Shown here piece by piece: positions 8,397 through 17,665 of a stretch of 64,000 nucleotides of DNA (position 1 is its first letter; the number at the start of each line of letters is the position of its first letter). The position numbers were made by a program, and so were the translations under genes. The notes beneath the pieces were generated by a model. It had not been told where the DNA came from and made no database searches. It saw only the letters and a list, made by a program, of their open reading frames with translations. Source of the stretch: Actinomycetota bacterium (GTDB taxonomy: Bacteria; Actinomycetota; Acidimicrobiia; Acidimicrobiales; Aldehydirespiratoraceae); NCBI GenBank assembly GCA_039193795.1, contig JBCCWI010000011.1:796-64795 (forward strand), written 5' to 3'.

Positions 8397-9653
8397 TCAG
8401 AGGGCGGTGCGGATCCGCTCCCGGAGTTCGACCATGTCGGCGTCGTTCCACAGGAACTCGATCTTCTGATCGGCGATCGTGTCGCCGGTCGGGCGGTCGT
8501 TGAGCACGAACACGGTGAACGTCTCCGCCAGGTCCTCGGCCGGGTTGGTGGTCGCGTAGTCGGTCACGAAGTCGTCCCGGTGCTCCTCGTAGAACCGGTC
8601 GAGGGCGTCCCAGTCCTCGTTCTCCTGCGCCGAGAAGATCTCGTCGATCTGGGCCCGGGGCCAGAACCGCTCGACGAACTCGTTCATCGTGCTGGACTTC
8701 AGCGAGCAGCCCTCACCGGTGTGATAGGTCGGGCAGCTCCCGTCGTCGAAGCTCGGCGGCACCTCTTCGGCCTGCAGGGTGAGCAGGTGGGCGAACTCGT
8801 GGATCAGCACCCAGTCCTCGTCGGCGCCCAGCCCGGGGCTGATGCCCATGTGCCACTTCGTCGGGTCGTTGTCGTCGGGGTAGACGTACCCTCCGCCGCC
8901 GCGTTCGGCGATCACCTCGAACCCGATCAGCATCTGTCGCTGTTCGGCCGGGATCAGCTCGACGAACCGCCGCCAGATCGCCTCGCCTTCGGCGACGGCG
9001 TCGGCATCGCCCGTCGTCGGGGTGATGCGATCGCCGTCGACCGTGAAGACCGCAGCGGTCTCGTCGAAGGCGCCGTCGTGGTGATCGTGGTCGCCGTCGA
9101 AGGATCCGTCGGCCTCGCCCTCCGGGACGATCCAGCCGTCGTCGTCGACGGTCCAGCCCGCCTCCTCGAGCATCGAGAAGAACTCCTCGTCGGAGAGTGC
9201 GTCGATCTCGGCGTCGGTCATGCCGGCGAAGGGATCGTCGCCGGGTTCGCCGGCAGGCGATGCGGGTTCGTCGGTCTCGACGGCCGTGTCGTCGGGTTCG
9301 ACGGCAGGCGATGCGGGTTCGTCGGGTTCGTCGCCGCCGTCGACGGTGGCGTCGGCCGGTGCGATCGTGACCTCGAGACCGAGCTCGGCGAGCTGGTCGG
9401 CGAGGTCGTCGAGGGTGACGGTGCCGAGATCGTCGGCGTCGCGGACGAGGTCGGCGACCGTGCGGTCGTTGCGATTCGTGCTTGCGGTCCCGGTGGTGTC
9501 GTCGGCTCGCAGGCTGGCGAGGCCGAGGCTCGCCACCGCCACGGTGCCCGCCACGCCCGCCGCGGCCAGCGTGCGGCGGCGAGGGCGGCGGGTCGTCGGT
9601 GCGGACGGCGGCTCGGCTGGTTCGGTGACGGGGGTGGGGGTGGGGGCGTCCAT
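8397..9653 (-). CDS. Secreted putative zinc metallopeptidase (HExxH) with an acidic repeat linker
   Basis: Only the C-terminal 418 aa of ORF 8397..10433 are credible; the rest is antisense to the response regulator. Start is MDAPTPTP at 9653. Tat-like signal TRRPRRRTLAAAGVAGTVAVASLGLA. Contains HEFAHLLT plus a downstream EDLAE. Confidence 0.6.
   Translation of the reverse strand: MDAPTPTPVTEPAEPPSAPTTRRPRRRTLAAAGVAGTVAVASLGLASLRADDTTGTASTNRNDRTVADLVRDADDLGTVTLDDLADQLAELGLEVTIAPADATVDGGDEPDEPASPAVEPDDTAVETDEPASPAGEPGDDPFAGMTDAEIDALSDEEFFSMLEEAGWTVDDDGWIVPEGEADGSFDGDHDHHDGAFDETAAVFTVDGDRITPTTGDADAVAEGEAIWRRFVELIPAEQRQMLIGFEVIAERGGGGYVYPDDNDPTKWHMGISPGLGADEDWVLIHEFAHLLTLQAEEVPPSFDDGSCPTYHTGEGCSLKSSTMNEFVERFWPRAQIDEIFSAQENEDWDALDRFYEEHRDDFVTDYATTNPAEDLAETFTVFVLNDRPTGDTIADQKIEFLWNDADMVELRERIRTAL
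9243..9325. repeat. Imperfect 51-nt tandem duplication inside the metallopeptidase gene (acidic EPASPAxEP peptide repeat)
   Basis: GGGTTCGcCGGCAGGCGATGCGGGTTCGTCGG at about 9243 recurs as GGGTTCGaCGGCAGGCGATGCGGGTTCGTCGG at about 9294. Confidence 0.6.
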
Positions 9654-9788
9654 CGGGGTTCCTCTCGGTCGTGGTGGGTGGACGCTTCGCACCCTGACGA
9701 TCCCTCCCTGAGAGACCGTTGAGCGATCTTGAGAGAACGCTGAGAACGGCTCCTCGTCGCCTGGGCCCGTCGCTGCGATCATGGACCC

Positions 9789-10463
9789 GTGCGTGTGCTC
9801 ATCGTCGAAGACGAACCCCTGATCGCCAAGGCCCTCGAGGCGGGTCTCACCGCGGACGGCTACGGCGTCGACATCGCCGACCGGGGCGACGTCGGGCTCT
9901 GGCAGGCGGTCGAGAACGACTACGACGCCATCATCCTCGACGTCATGCTGCCCGGCATGAACGGGTTCAAGGTGTGCAGCGAACTCCGCGCCACCGGCGA
10001 CACCACGCCGATCATGATGCTCACCGCCAAGGACGGCGAGTACGACCACGCCGAAGGCCTCGACACCGGTGCCGACGACTATGTGACCAAGCCCTTCTCG
10101 ATGGTGGTCGTGTCGGCCCGACTCCGTGCGCTGATCCGCCGGGGTCCGACGGAGCGGGCCGCCCGCCTCGAGGCCGGCGACCTGGTGCTCGATCCGGCGG
10201 ACCGCACCGTGCGCCGCGGCGACACCCCCATCGAACTCACCCCGCGCGAGTTCGGTCTGCTGCGATACCTGATGCATCGACGGGGCGAGCCGGTGTCGAA
10301 GCGGGAGCTCGTCGAGCATGTGTGGGCCGACGACGATCTCGAGGACAACGTGGTCCAGGTCTATGTCGGCTATCTGCGCCGCAAGGTCGACGAGCCGTTC
10401 GGCCGGACCGCCATCGAGACCGTCCGTGGTCACGGCTACCGCCTCGCTGCGGACGGTGGCTGA
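9789..10463 (+). CDS. OmpR/PhoB-family response regulator
   Basis: 224 aa. Receiver domain MRVLIVEDEPLIAKAL...DAIILDVMLPGMNG...TAKD. Winged-helix output LTPREFGLLRYLMHRRGEPVSKRELVEHVW...VRGHGYRL. Confidence 0.9.
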   Translation: MRVLIVEDEPLIAKALEAGLTADGYGVDIADRGDVGLWQAVENDYDAIILDVMLPGMNGFKVCSELRATGDTTPIMMLTAKDGEYDHAEGLDTGADDYVTKPFSMVVVSARLRALIRRGPTERAARLEAGDLVLDPADRTVRRGDTPIELTPREFGLLRYLMHRRGEPVSKRELVEHVWADDDLEDNVVQVYVGYLRRKVDEPFGRTAIETVRGHGYRLAADGG

Positions 10464-11779
10464 TGGGGTCGCTGCGGCGTCGACTCGGGATCGCGATCAG
10501 CGCCGGCGCCTTCGTCCTCACGGCGATCGCGGGCGTGGTCGTCGTCTACGAGCGTTGGCAGGAGGCGTTGTCGGCACTCCCCGAGGCGATCGACCTGGAG
10601 GCGTTCCGCCTCGCCGAGTCGACCGGTCTCAGCCTCGATGACCTGCCCGGTGACGACGGCTTCGCCCTGATGCTCGACGACGAGGGATCCGAACTCGCCT
10701 CGGTCGGCGACGTCGGCGACGAACTCTTCGACGTGCTGCTGTTCGACATCTGGGCGGAGACGACCATCCAGGATCTCGCCGTGAGCACCGGCCTCGAGAC
10801 CGACGCGGGCCTGGTGATCGCGACCGGGGTGGCCTGCACCGACACGGCCCGCTGCGACACGGTGGTGGTCGGGGCGACGGAGTTCTCGTTCTGGTCCTTC
10901 GCCGGGCCCCGGCTCGGTTGGGTGATCGGTCTCGCGACGGCGACCGCAGCCCTGACCCTGGTCGTGGTGCGGTGGCTCATCGGCCGGGCGTTGGAGCCGG
11001 TCGAGACGATGCGACAGGAACTCACGACGATCACTGCGACCGACCTCGACGCGCGGATCTCCGCCCCCGCGACCGGCGACGAGATCGAACGGCTCGGTCA
11101 CACGCTCGACGAGACGATCGGCCGGCTCGGGGCGGCCGTCGCGGCGAATGAACGGTTCGTCGCCGATGCCGCTCACGAACTGCGGAGCCCCATCACCGGC
11201 GTTCGAGCGGCCATCGAGGTCGAGGCGGCGGCCGGCGATCGTCCGCTGCTCGACGAGAGCATCCGCGAGCTCGATCGCGCCGGTCGGTTGGTCGACGACC
11301 TGCTGGTGCTCGCCCGTCGTCAAGGAGACGCTGCGCCGTCGGCCGAGGTCGATCTCGACGACGTCGGGCGCGCCGCGGTCGCCGCGTTCCTGGTCCGGCA
11401 TCCCGATGTCGAGATCGACGCCTCCTTCGCCCCGATCCGGGTTCGCGGGGACGCCGACGCACTCAACCGGGTGGTCACCAACCTGCTCGACAACGCGGCC
11501 CGCTACGGCGACGGGCAGATCCGCATCCAGGTACGGCAGAGCGCAAACCGGGCGGTTCTGCGCGTCGAGGACGATGGCCCGGGCATCCCGGTCGCCGACC
11601 GTGCGCGGGTGTTCGAACGATTCACCCGGCTCGACGAGTCGCGCGCCCGGGCCACCGGCGGGTCGGGGGGGGGCCGCGCCCGCCGGCGCGAGGGGGTGGA
11701 GGCGCACGGCGGCACCGTCGCCGTCGAGGGCCCCGACGGCGGTGGCGCCCATGTCGTGATCGAACTCCCGACGAGCTGA
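10463..11779 (+). CDS. Sensor histidine kinase (atypical G2 box)
   Basis: Start MGSLRRRLGIAISAGAFVL overlaps the regulator stop (TGATG). H-box HELRSPITGV, N-box LLDNAARYG, G1 DDGPGI. The expected GxGLGL is replaced by GGSGGGRARRRE ahead of VEAHGG. Confidence 0.8.
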   Translation: MGSLRRRLGIAISAGAFVLTAIAGVVVVYERWQEALSALPEAIDLEAFRLAESTGLSLDDLPGDDGFALMLDDEGSELASVGDVGDELFDVLLFDIWAETTIQDLAVSTGLETDAGLVIATGVACTDTARCDTVVVGATEFSFWSFAGPRLGWVIGLATATAALTLVVVRWLIGRALEPVETMRQELTTITATDLDARISAPATGDEIERLGHTLDETIGRLGAAVAANERFVADAAHELRSPITGVRAAIEVEAAAGDRPLLDESIRELDRAGRLVDDLLVLARRQGDAAPSAEVDLDDVGRAAVAAFLVRHPDVEIDASFAPIRVRGDADALNRVVTNLLDNAARYGDGQIRIQVRQSANRAVLRVEDDGPGIPVADRARVFERFTRLDESRARATGGSGGGRARRREGVEAHGGTVAVEGPDGGGAHVVIELPTS

Positions 11780-11800
11780 CACCCGCTGCGATCGCGGCCG

Positions 11801-13027
11801 CTACCCTTCGCCGGCCATCGCCTCGTCGACCCGGGAGAACAACGGTCGCGCCGTGATGAGCAGTGAGCCGACCACGACGCCGGCGAGGATCGTGACCCAC
11901 TCCGGACCTGCCGCTTCGGCGATCACGCCGCCGAGGAACGCCCCCACCGGGCGCATGCCCCACGCGATGAAGAGGTAGGCGGTCATCATGCGGCCGAACA
12001 CCTCGTCGGGGACGAGCCGTTGGCGAACCGTGGCGCTCACGATGTTCCACGTCGGATCGGCGATGCCGTTGATCGCGACGGCGACGAACGCGATCGCCGG
12101 CGCGGTGGTGAACCCGAGCAGGAACATTGCGGTGGTGAAACACACGACGCTCACCTGCTGGCTGAACCCGTGGCTGGTCCGGCGGATGAACGCAGCGACG
12201 AAGAACGACGTCGCGACCGCCACGACCGCGTCGAGGCTCTGGGTCAACCCGAACCCGACTTCGGACAGGCCGAATCGTTCGGTCATCAAGATGACCGCGG
12301 TCGAGTTGATCGCCGCCCCGACGAAAGAGAACATCGCGACCGCGATCACCAGGGGCCGAAGGACCGGGTGTCGCCAGACGAAGCGAAGCCCGACCTGCAT
12401 GTCGGTGAGCAGCGCACCCGGGTCGTCGTTTCGCTCGGGTCGGTGACGCCCGGGCAGCCGGACCAGGGCGACGACCCCGAGCCCCGTGACGGCCGCCGAC
12501 AAGAGGAACGGCAGCGCGTCATCGGCGGCGAACAGCACCGCGCCCAGCGGCGGTCCGACGAAGGCGTTGGTCACGCGTTGCGTGGCCATCATCCGGGCGT
12601 TGGCGACCTCGAGTTGTTCGCTCCGTACGAGATCTCGGACGATCGCCGGCAGCCCACTGTCGGTCAGGACCTCGGCGCATCCGATGAGGAAGGCGACCAC
12701 GAACAGCCAGCCGATCGCCGGACGGCCCGACAGCAGCGCGACACCGAGCGTCGCCGTCACCGCCGCTCGGCCGGTCTGGGCCGCGACGGCGATCCATCGC
12801 CGGTCGAGTCGGTCGATCATGGTGCCCGCCGGCAGGCCGATCACCAGGAACGGCAGGTACTGGAACGCGGTCACCGCGGCGATCAGACGGGCGTCGCCGG
12901 TGATCTGGATCGCGAGCAGCGGCAGCGCCACCAGGCTGAGCCCGTCGGCCAGGTTGGTGGCGCTGAACGCCGACCACAGGGTCCAGAACGGGCGCCCGAG
13001 TCCTCGTTCGACGGATCGATCGCTCAC
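11801..13027 (-). CDS. MFS transporter
   Basis: The ORF is 11801..13213; the plausible GTG start is VSDRSVERGLGRPFWTLWSAF, placed at 13027 by codon counting. Multiple TM helices throughout. Confidence 0.75.
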   Translation of the reverse strand: MSDRSVERGLGRPFWTLWSAFSATNLADGLSLVALPLLAIQITGDARLIAAVTAFQYLPFLVIGLPAGTMIDRLDRRWIAVAAQTGRAAVTATLGVALLSGRPAIGWLFVVAFLIGCAEVLTDSGLPAIVRDLVRSEQLEVANARMMATQRVTNAFVGPPLGAVLFAADDALPFLLSAAVTGLGVVALVRLPGRHRPERNDDPGALLTDMQVGLRFVWRHPVLRPLVIAVAMFSFVGAAINSTAVILMTERFGLSEVGFGLTQSLDAVVAVATSFFVAAFIRRTSHGFSQQVSVVCFTTAMFLLGFTTAPAIAFVAVAINGIADPTWNIVSATVRQRLVPDEVFGRMMTAYLFIAWGMRPVGAFLGGVIAEAAGPEWVTILAGVVVGSLLITARPLFSRVDEAMAGEG

Positions 13028-13089
13028 CGCTCCACCCTTGCACGTGTCGGCGTGACGGTCGCGAGACGCCCCTCTGCTTCGCTGACCTG

Positions 13090-16000
13090 GTGAGCTCGAC
13101 GGGCCGCCTCCACCCGCTTCCGCCCGAGACGATCGGCCGCGAACCGGTACGATCCGGCGGGCCGCGCCATTCCGTGACAAGGGGGAGAGTGAGCCGCCGA
13201 CCCTTCCGTACACGTGTGCCGGCCAGCGAGGGCACGATTCCCCGTCGTCGGGTGCAACGGGTGCTCCAGGGCCGCTTCGATCGCCGGGTCACCGTGCTCC
13301 AGGCGGGTGCCGGATTCGGCAAGACGACCGCGCTCGCCAACGCCCTCGCCGAGAACGCCCTCCTTCCCCGCGGTCGCGACGTGTGGTTGGCGTGTGAGCC
13401 CGACGATGCCGACGCCGCACACCTGCTCGCCGGTCTCTCGGAGTGTCTCGGGCTCGGATCGACCGGCGATCTGGAGGCGATCGCCGCGTCGCTGTCGGCC
13501 CGGTCACCGTCGGCGGTGTGCCTGGTGCTCGACGACGTGCATCACATCCCGGACGGATCCTCGGGGGCGGCCACGCTCGCAGCCGCGGTCGAGGAGTTTC
13601 CGGGCAACGCGTCGCTCCTGCTCGCCAGCCGGATCGATCCTCCACTGCCCCTGGCCCGGCTCGAGGCGCAGGGGCAGGTGGGGAGGGTCGGCGAGCGGGA
13701 CCTGGCGCTGACCGATGCGGAGATCCGCGAACTGGCGGGGGGCGTCGACGACGCGGACGGGGTGTTCGACCTCGGCGGTTGGCCGGCGCTCGTGTCGCTG
13801 GGCCTACAGACCCGGAACCCGGCCGCCTTCCTCGACGAAGAGGTCTTGGCGTCGCTCGACGGCGATCAGCGTCGAGCGCTCGATCTCGTCGTCACGATCG
13901 GCGGCGCCGACGGCGAGCTCGCCAAGACGCTGCTCGGCTCGACCGCGGTGACGACACTGCGGAGTCTGCCGCTGGTCAGCGAAGCCGGCGGCTGGTTCGT
14001 GGCCCACGACCTGTGGGGGACGGTGGTGGTCGAGCCGGAGGGGGCGGCGGCGCTCCGACGGGCCGCGACCGATCACCTCCTCGATCGGGGCGATGCCGGC
14101 CATGCGCTCGATCTGGCGCTCGATCACCCCGACGACGTCGACGTCGACCGGATCCTGCGCGCTGCGGGTGTTCCGGGCTGGCACGTTCATCCGGATCGGC
14201 GCCGACGCTGGCTCGACCGGCTGCCGGCCGAGCGTCGGCGGTCCGGGGCGGCCGACTATCTCGCCGCGACGGTCGAGCGGGATCGTGATGCGGGGTCGAG
14301 CGAGGCGCGTGATCTCTTCGCCCGGGCGGCCGAACGATTCCGCTCCGAGGGCGACGGTGCGGGCGAGGCCCACGCGGCCGCCTCCGCAGCGGTGACGAGC
14401 TACATCCGACGCGAGTCCGACGGGCTCGTCGCGCCGGGGCTCCGGCTGATGGAACTCGCCGCCGAGGGGGTCGACGACGCAGTGTCCTTCGCGGCGATGG
14501 CGACCGCGATCTACCAGCTCGGCCAGGACGAACCCGACGCGACGCTCCAGACCATCGCCGGCATCGACATCACCGCCCTCCAGGGACCGTTTCGGCCGAT
14601 GGCCGACTGGATGATCGCCCAGGCGCAGCTCAACGCCGGCCATCCGGCGATCGATGCCGCCCGCCGCTGCGTCGCCGAGGTGTTGCCCCTGCCCGGGATG
14701 GTCGACGTGTTGCTCAGCGCACTCTGGCGGGAGGGTCACCTGCACGAGGCCGCCGACCTGTTGACCCAACCCCCACCCCGAGGGGAGCGACATCGCTATC
14801 TCCACTTCGTCTGGGGCGCGCTGGTCCACGGCGCGCTGGGCGACGCCGACGGCCGGGCCCGCGCCCTCGCCGGGGCGAAGGAGCGTCAACAGATGTCGGA
14901 CCAGCAGTCGACGGCAGTCGTGTTGGCGTTGGCTGAGGTCGCGCTCGACATCGAGGACGGTGATCCCGATCCCGAGGCGCGGTACCGGGCGTTGCTCGAC
15001 GCGTACCCGATCTCGCCGGAGACCCGACCCTGGTATGCGGCGGCGGCCGGCATGCTCGCCCGTTGGGTCCCCGACGCCGCCGATGCGATCGGGCGGGGTC
15101 CCGACGGCGAGATCATCCGTCGCGATCTCCGCACCGGCGAGATCCTCCGTCGCATCGACGGCGGGGACGTCGCGGCGATCGAGGCGTTCGTCTGGCCGTC
15201 GAACCCGGGGGCCGTCATCGCCGGCGTGATGCTCAAGGGTGCATGCGAACTGGTCGCGGCCGGGTGGGCCGCCGGGTCGCCCGACGCCCGTCGCACCGCC
15301 GACTGGTTGGCGGAGCGCATCGGCGAACCGGCCCGGGCCCACTTCCACGAGCTGGCCGCGTCCCATCCGGTCGCCAAGGTGCGCTCGGGAGCGACCGACA
15401 TCGTGGCCCGCACACCCGTCGCCCCGGCCCGACATCGACAGCTCCAGCTTCTCGGGCCGGCCCGCCTCCTCCTCGACGGTGTTGCGATCGAGGACGCCGG
15501 ATGGCGGCGGGAGAAGGTCCGGGCCCTGATCGGCTTCCTCGTGCTGCACCCCGACTCGACGAGGGACGCGGCGATGGTCGCGCTGTGGCCCGACGCCGAT
15601 GAGGAGTCCGGACGTCGGAACCTCCGTTCGACGCTCAACCTGCTCCACAAGGTGCTCGAACCGAATCGCGAGTCCGGCGACGCGACGTTCTTCGTCCGCG
15701 CCGACGCAGCCCGCCTGCGCCTCGTTCGATCCCCTCGGCTCACGATCGATGCGTGGGACTTCGAGGAGCTCCTCGACGATGCGGCTGCGCTCCAGCGCGA
15801 CGGCGTGCCGAGCCTGGCGCTGGCGCCGCTGACCGAGGCGGTCGAGTTGTACCGCGGCGACTTCCTCGCCGACGCGGCCTACGACGACTGGTCGCTCGCG
15901 GAGCGCGACCGGCTGCGGTCGCGGTTCGTCGACGCCGCGTGTCGCACGGCGGAGCTCCGACTGGCCGGCGACGATCTGGACGGCGCCGTCGCGATGGCGA

Positions 16001-16185
16001 CCCGGGCGTTGACCGTCGAGCCCTGGAGCGAGCGGGCGCATCGCTGCTCGATCGCGGCGCATCTCGCTCGGGGCGACCGGGCCGGCGCCCGGCGGGCCGT
16101 CGAGGCGTGCGTCGAAGCGCTCGCGGACTTCGGTGGCCCGGCGGACACCGAGACCGCGATGCTGTTCCGGCGCGTTCGCGACTGA
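13090..16185 (+). CDS. Large transcriptional regulator: N-terminal MalT/STAND-like P-loop ATPase plus C-terminal SARP module (OmpR-type winged helix + BTAD)
   Basis: 1031-aa ORF; the start is uncertain. Walker A VLQAGAGFGKTTAL and Walker B VCLVLDDVHHI. C-terminus (about 15440..16185): LQLLGPARLLLDGVAIED..RREKVRALIGFLVLHPD...RNLRSTLNLLHKVL, then AVELYRGDFLADAAYDDWSLAERDRLRSRF...ERAHRCSIAAHLARGDRAGARRAVEAC. Confidence 0.75.
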   Translation: MSSTGRLHPLPPETIGREPVRSGGPRHSVTRGRVSRRPFRTRVPASEGTIPRRRVQRVLQGRFDRRVTVLQAGAGFGKTTALANALAENALLPRGRDVWLACEPDDADAAHLLAGLSECLGLGSTGDLEAIAASLSARSPSAVCLVLDDVHHIPDGSSGAATLAAAVEEFPGNASLLLASRIDPPLPLARLEAQGQVGRVGERDLALTDAEIRELAGGVDDADGVFDLGGWPALVSLGLQTRNPAAFLDEEVLASLDGDQRRALDLVVTIGGADGELAKTLLGSTAVTTLRSLPLVSEAGGWFVAHDLWGTVVVEPEGAAALRRAATDHLLDRGDAGHALDLALDHPDDVDVDRILRAAGVPGWHVHPDRRRRWLDRLPAERRRSGAADYLAATVERDRDAGSSEARDLFARAAERFRSEGDGAGEAHAAASAAVTSYIRRESDGLVAPGLRLMELAAEGVDDAVSFAAMATAIYQLGQDEPDATLQTIAGIDITALQGPFRPMADWMIAQAQLNAGHPAIDAARRCVAEVLPLPGMVDVLLSALWREGHLHEAADLLTQPPPRGERHRYLHFVWGALVHGALGDADGRARALAGAKERQQMSDQQSTAVVLALAEVALDIEDGDPDPEARYRALLDAYPISPETRPWYAAAAGMLARWVPDAADAIGRGPDGEIIRRDLRTGEILRRIDGGDVAAIEAFVWPSNPGAVIAGVMLKGACELVAAGWAAGSPDARRTADWLAERIGEPARAHFHELAASHPVAKVRSGATDIVARTPVAPARHRQLQLLGPARLLLDGVAIEDAGWRREKVRALIGFLVLHPDSTRDAAMVALWPDADEESGRRNLRSTLNLLHKVLEPNRESGDATFFVRADAARLRLVRSPRLTIDAWDFEELLDDAAALQRDGVPSLALAPLTEAVELYRGDFLADAAYDDWSLAERDRLRSRFVDAACRTAELRLAGDDLDGAVAMATRALTVEPWSERAHRCSIAAHLARGDRAGARRAVEACVEALADFGGPADTETAMLFRRVRD

Positions 16186-16278
16186 CCCTGCGTCTTGCAA
16201 CGGTGCCCGCGGCGACGAGCCGGCATGGTTCAGCCGCTTCACGAACACTTCAGGGTCCGGTTCGTAGCGTCGGTCCCG

Positions 16279-17665
16279 ATGACGACGACCCACACTCCCG
16301 ACTCCGGTGTGCTCGACCCAGACGCCCCGACCGGCCGACTGCGATATCGACCCGACGGTGGTCGAGACCTCCGACTCGATCTCATGCGCGGCTATGCCCT
16401 CGCCGCGATGTCGATCAACCACCTGGGTCTGCAGAACAGCTGGTTCCACGAGGTGTCCGGTCGGTCGTCGTTCCTGCTGAGCGCAGCGGAGGCCTTCCTG
16501 TTCATCTCCGGGTTCACGCTCGGTTGGATCAGTGTCGGTCGACCGGCCGGCGCTGCCATGGAACGGCTGTGGACGCGCACCTGGGTGCTCTACCTCGCGA
16601 CGACCGGCGTGAGCGTCGGGTTCGCGATCGTGGCCCTCCAGACCGACTGGTCCCTGTGGGCCGGTTTCGACGCCGGCGAGCTCGCCGGTCCGGCCGACCT
16701 GTTGGCCCGGATCGCGACCCTCCGCATCGCCATCGGCGGCGTCGACATCCTCGTGGCCTATGTCTTCTATCTGCTCGCGGCGATCGCCGCGCTGCGGTTG
16801 ATGGAGCAGGGCCGGTCATGGCTCGTCGCCGTCGGTGTCGCCGGGCTCTACGTGGCCTCGCAGATCGCCGAGGGAAGGCGCGTTCGCGCTGGGGTTCGCG
16901 TCGTTCCGGGTGCTCGTGCCGAACGCGCCGCTCTTCTTCGGTGGGCTGCTGCTCGGGTATCACCGCGATGCGGTGGCCGCCGCGTGGCGTCGCCTGCGGT
17001 TCCACCGAGCCGCCGACGTCGCCGCGGTCGTCGCCGCCCTCACCGTCGGCGTCCTGCACGCCCGCGGCTGGCGGGAGCTCGCTCCCCTCGGCGACTTCCT
17101 GACCGCCGGCGCGCCCGACGAGCCGCTGTGGGCGCGCGAGTCGGAGATGCCGATCGGCCCGCTCCTGGGCGTGATGCTGTTCATGCGGGCGGGCTGGATC
17201 ATCGCCGACCGGCTCTATCAGCCGCTCCGCCGGACGCTCGGTTGGCTGTTGCTCCCCCTGGGTGAGGCCGCGCTCTTCACCTTCGTCGCCCACCTCGTCG
17301 CCATCCCGGTCTTCTACAACCTGCCCGGCTTCCCGCTCGATGACGACGTGTCCACGGTGACGGCGACGCTCTGGGTGGCGGCCTATCTGGCGTCGATCCT
17401 CCTCGCCGTCCACCTTCGTCGGCACGTGATCGGCTGGCTGCGGTCCGGGGACTCGGCGCGGGCGTGGGTGCGGCGGCACGGCCCGGCGGCGGCGGTGGCC
17501 GCGCTGTGTGTCGGCCTGCTCGTCGCCGGTGCCGACCCCGACGGCCAGGCCGGGCGCTGGCGGGAGGGCGAACGAGAGGAGGAGTTCTTCGACGAGGACG
17601 AGTTCGAGGAAACCGACGACGAGGACGCGTCGGTTCAGCTCGGGTCCGCCGGCGCCGAGCCGTAG
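16279..17665 (+). pseudogene. OpgC-like / acyltransferase-3-like integral membrane protein interrupted by a +1 frameshift near 16876
   Basis: ORF 16195..17265 is credible up to ...GLYVASQIAEG (codon GGA at 16873..16875). The hydrophobic protein continues in ORF 16835..17665 from GAFALGFASFRVLVPNAPLFFGGLLLGYH (GGC at 16877). Skipping nt 16876 joins the two frames. Confidence 0.6.

Noticed and set aside
9243-9325. Tandem repeat considered as a CRISPR or VNTR-like array, together with the triplet-rich stretch at 40505..40625
   Set aside because: There are only two imperfect copies, in frame inside a coding region. The 40.5-kb stretch is Thr-codon low complexity. Neither has spacer/repeat architecture or cas genes.
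9654-10433. N-terminal 260 aa of ORF 8397..10433, which would make a 678-aa protein
   Set aside because: This part is antisense to the response regulator gene and has no signal or motifs. The real protein starts at the Tat-like signal, with the ATG at 9653.
13036-13223. Repeated CACGTGT / ACACGTGT elements in the MFS-regulator divergent region, considered as possible operators
   Set aside because: There are only two short copies, and one probably lies inside the regulator's coding sequence. This is too little information to distinguish them from chance in GC-rich DNA.
13804-16449. 881-aa minus-strand ORF
   Set aside because: It is antisense to the ATPase-SARP regulator. It has a low-complexity Arg/Gly/Pro composition and no family motifs.
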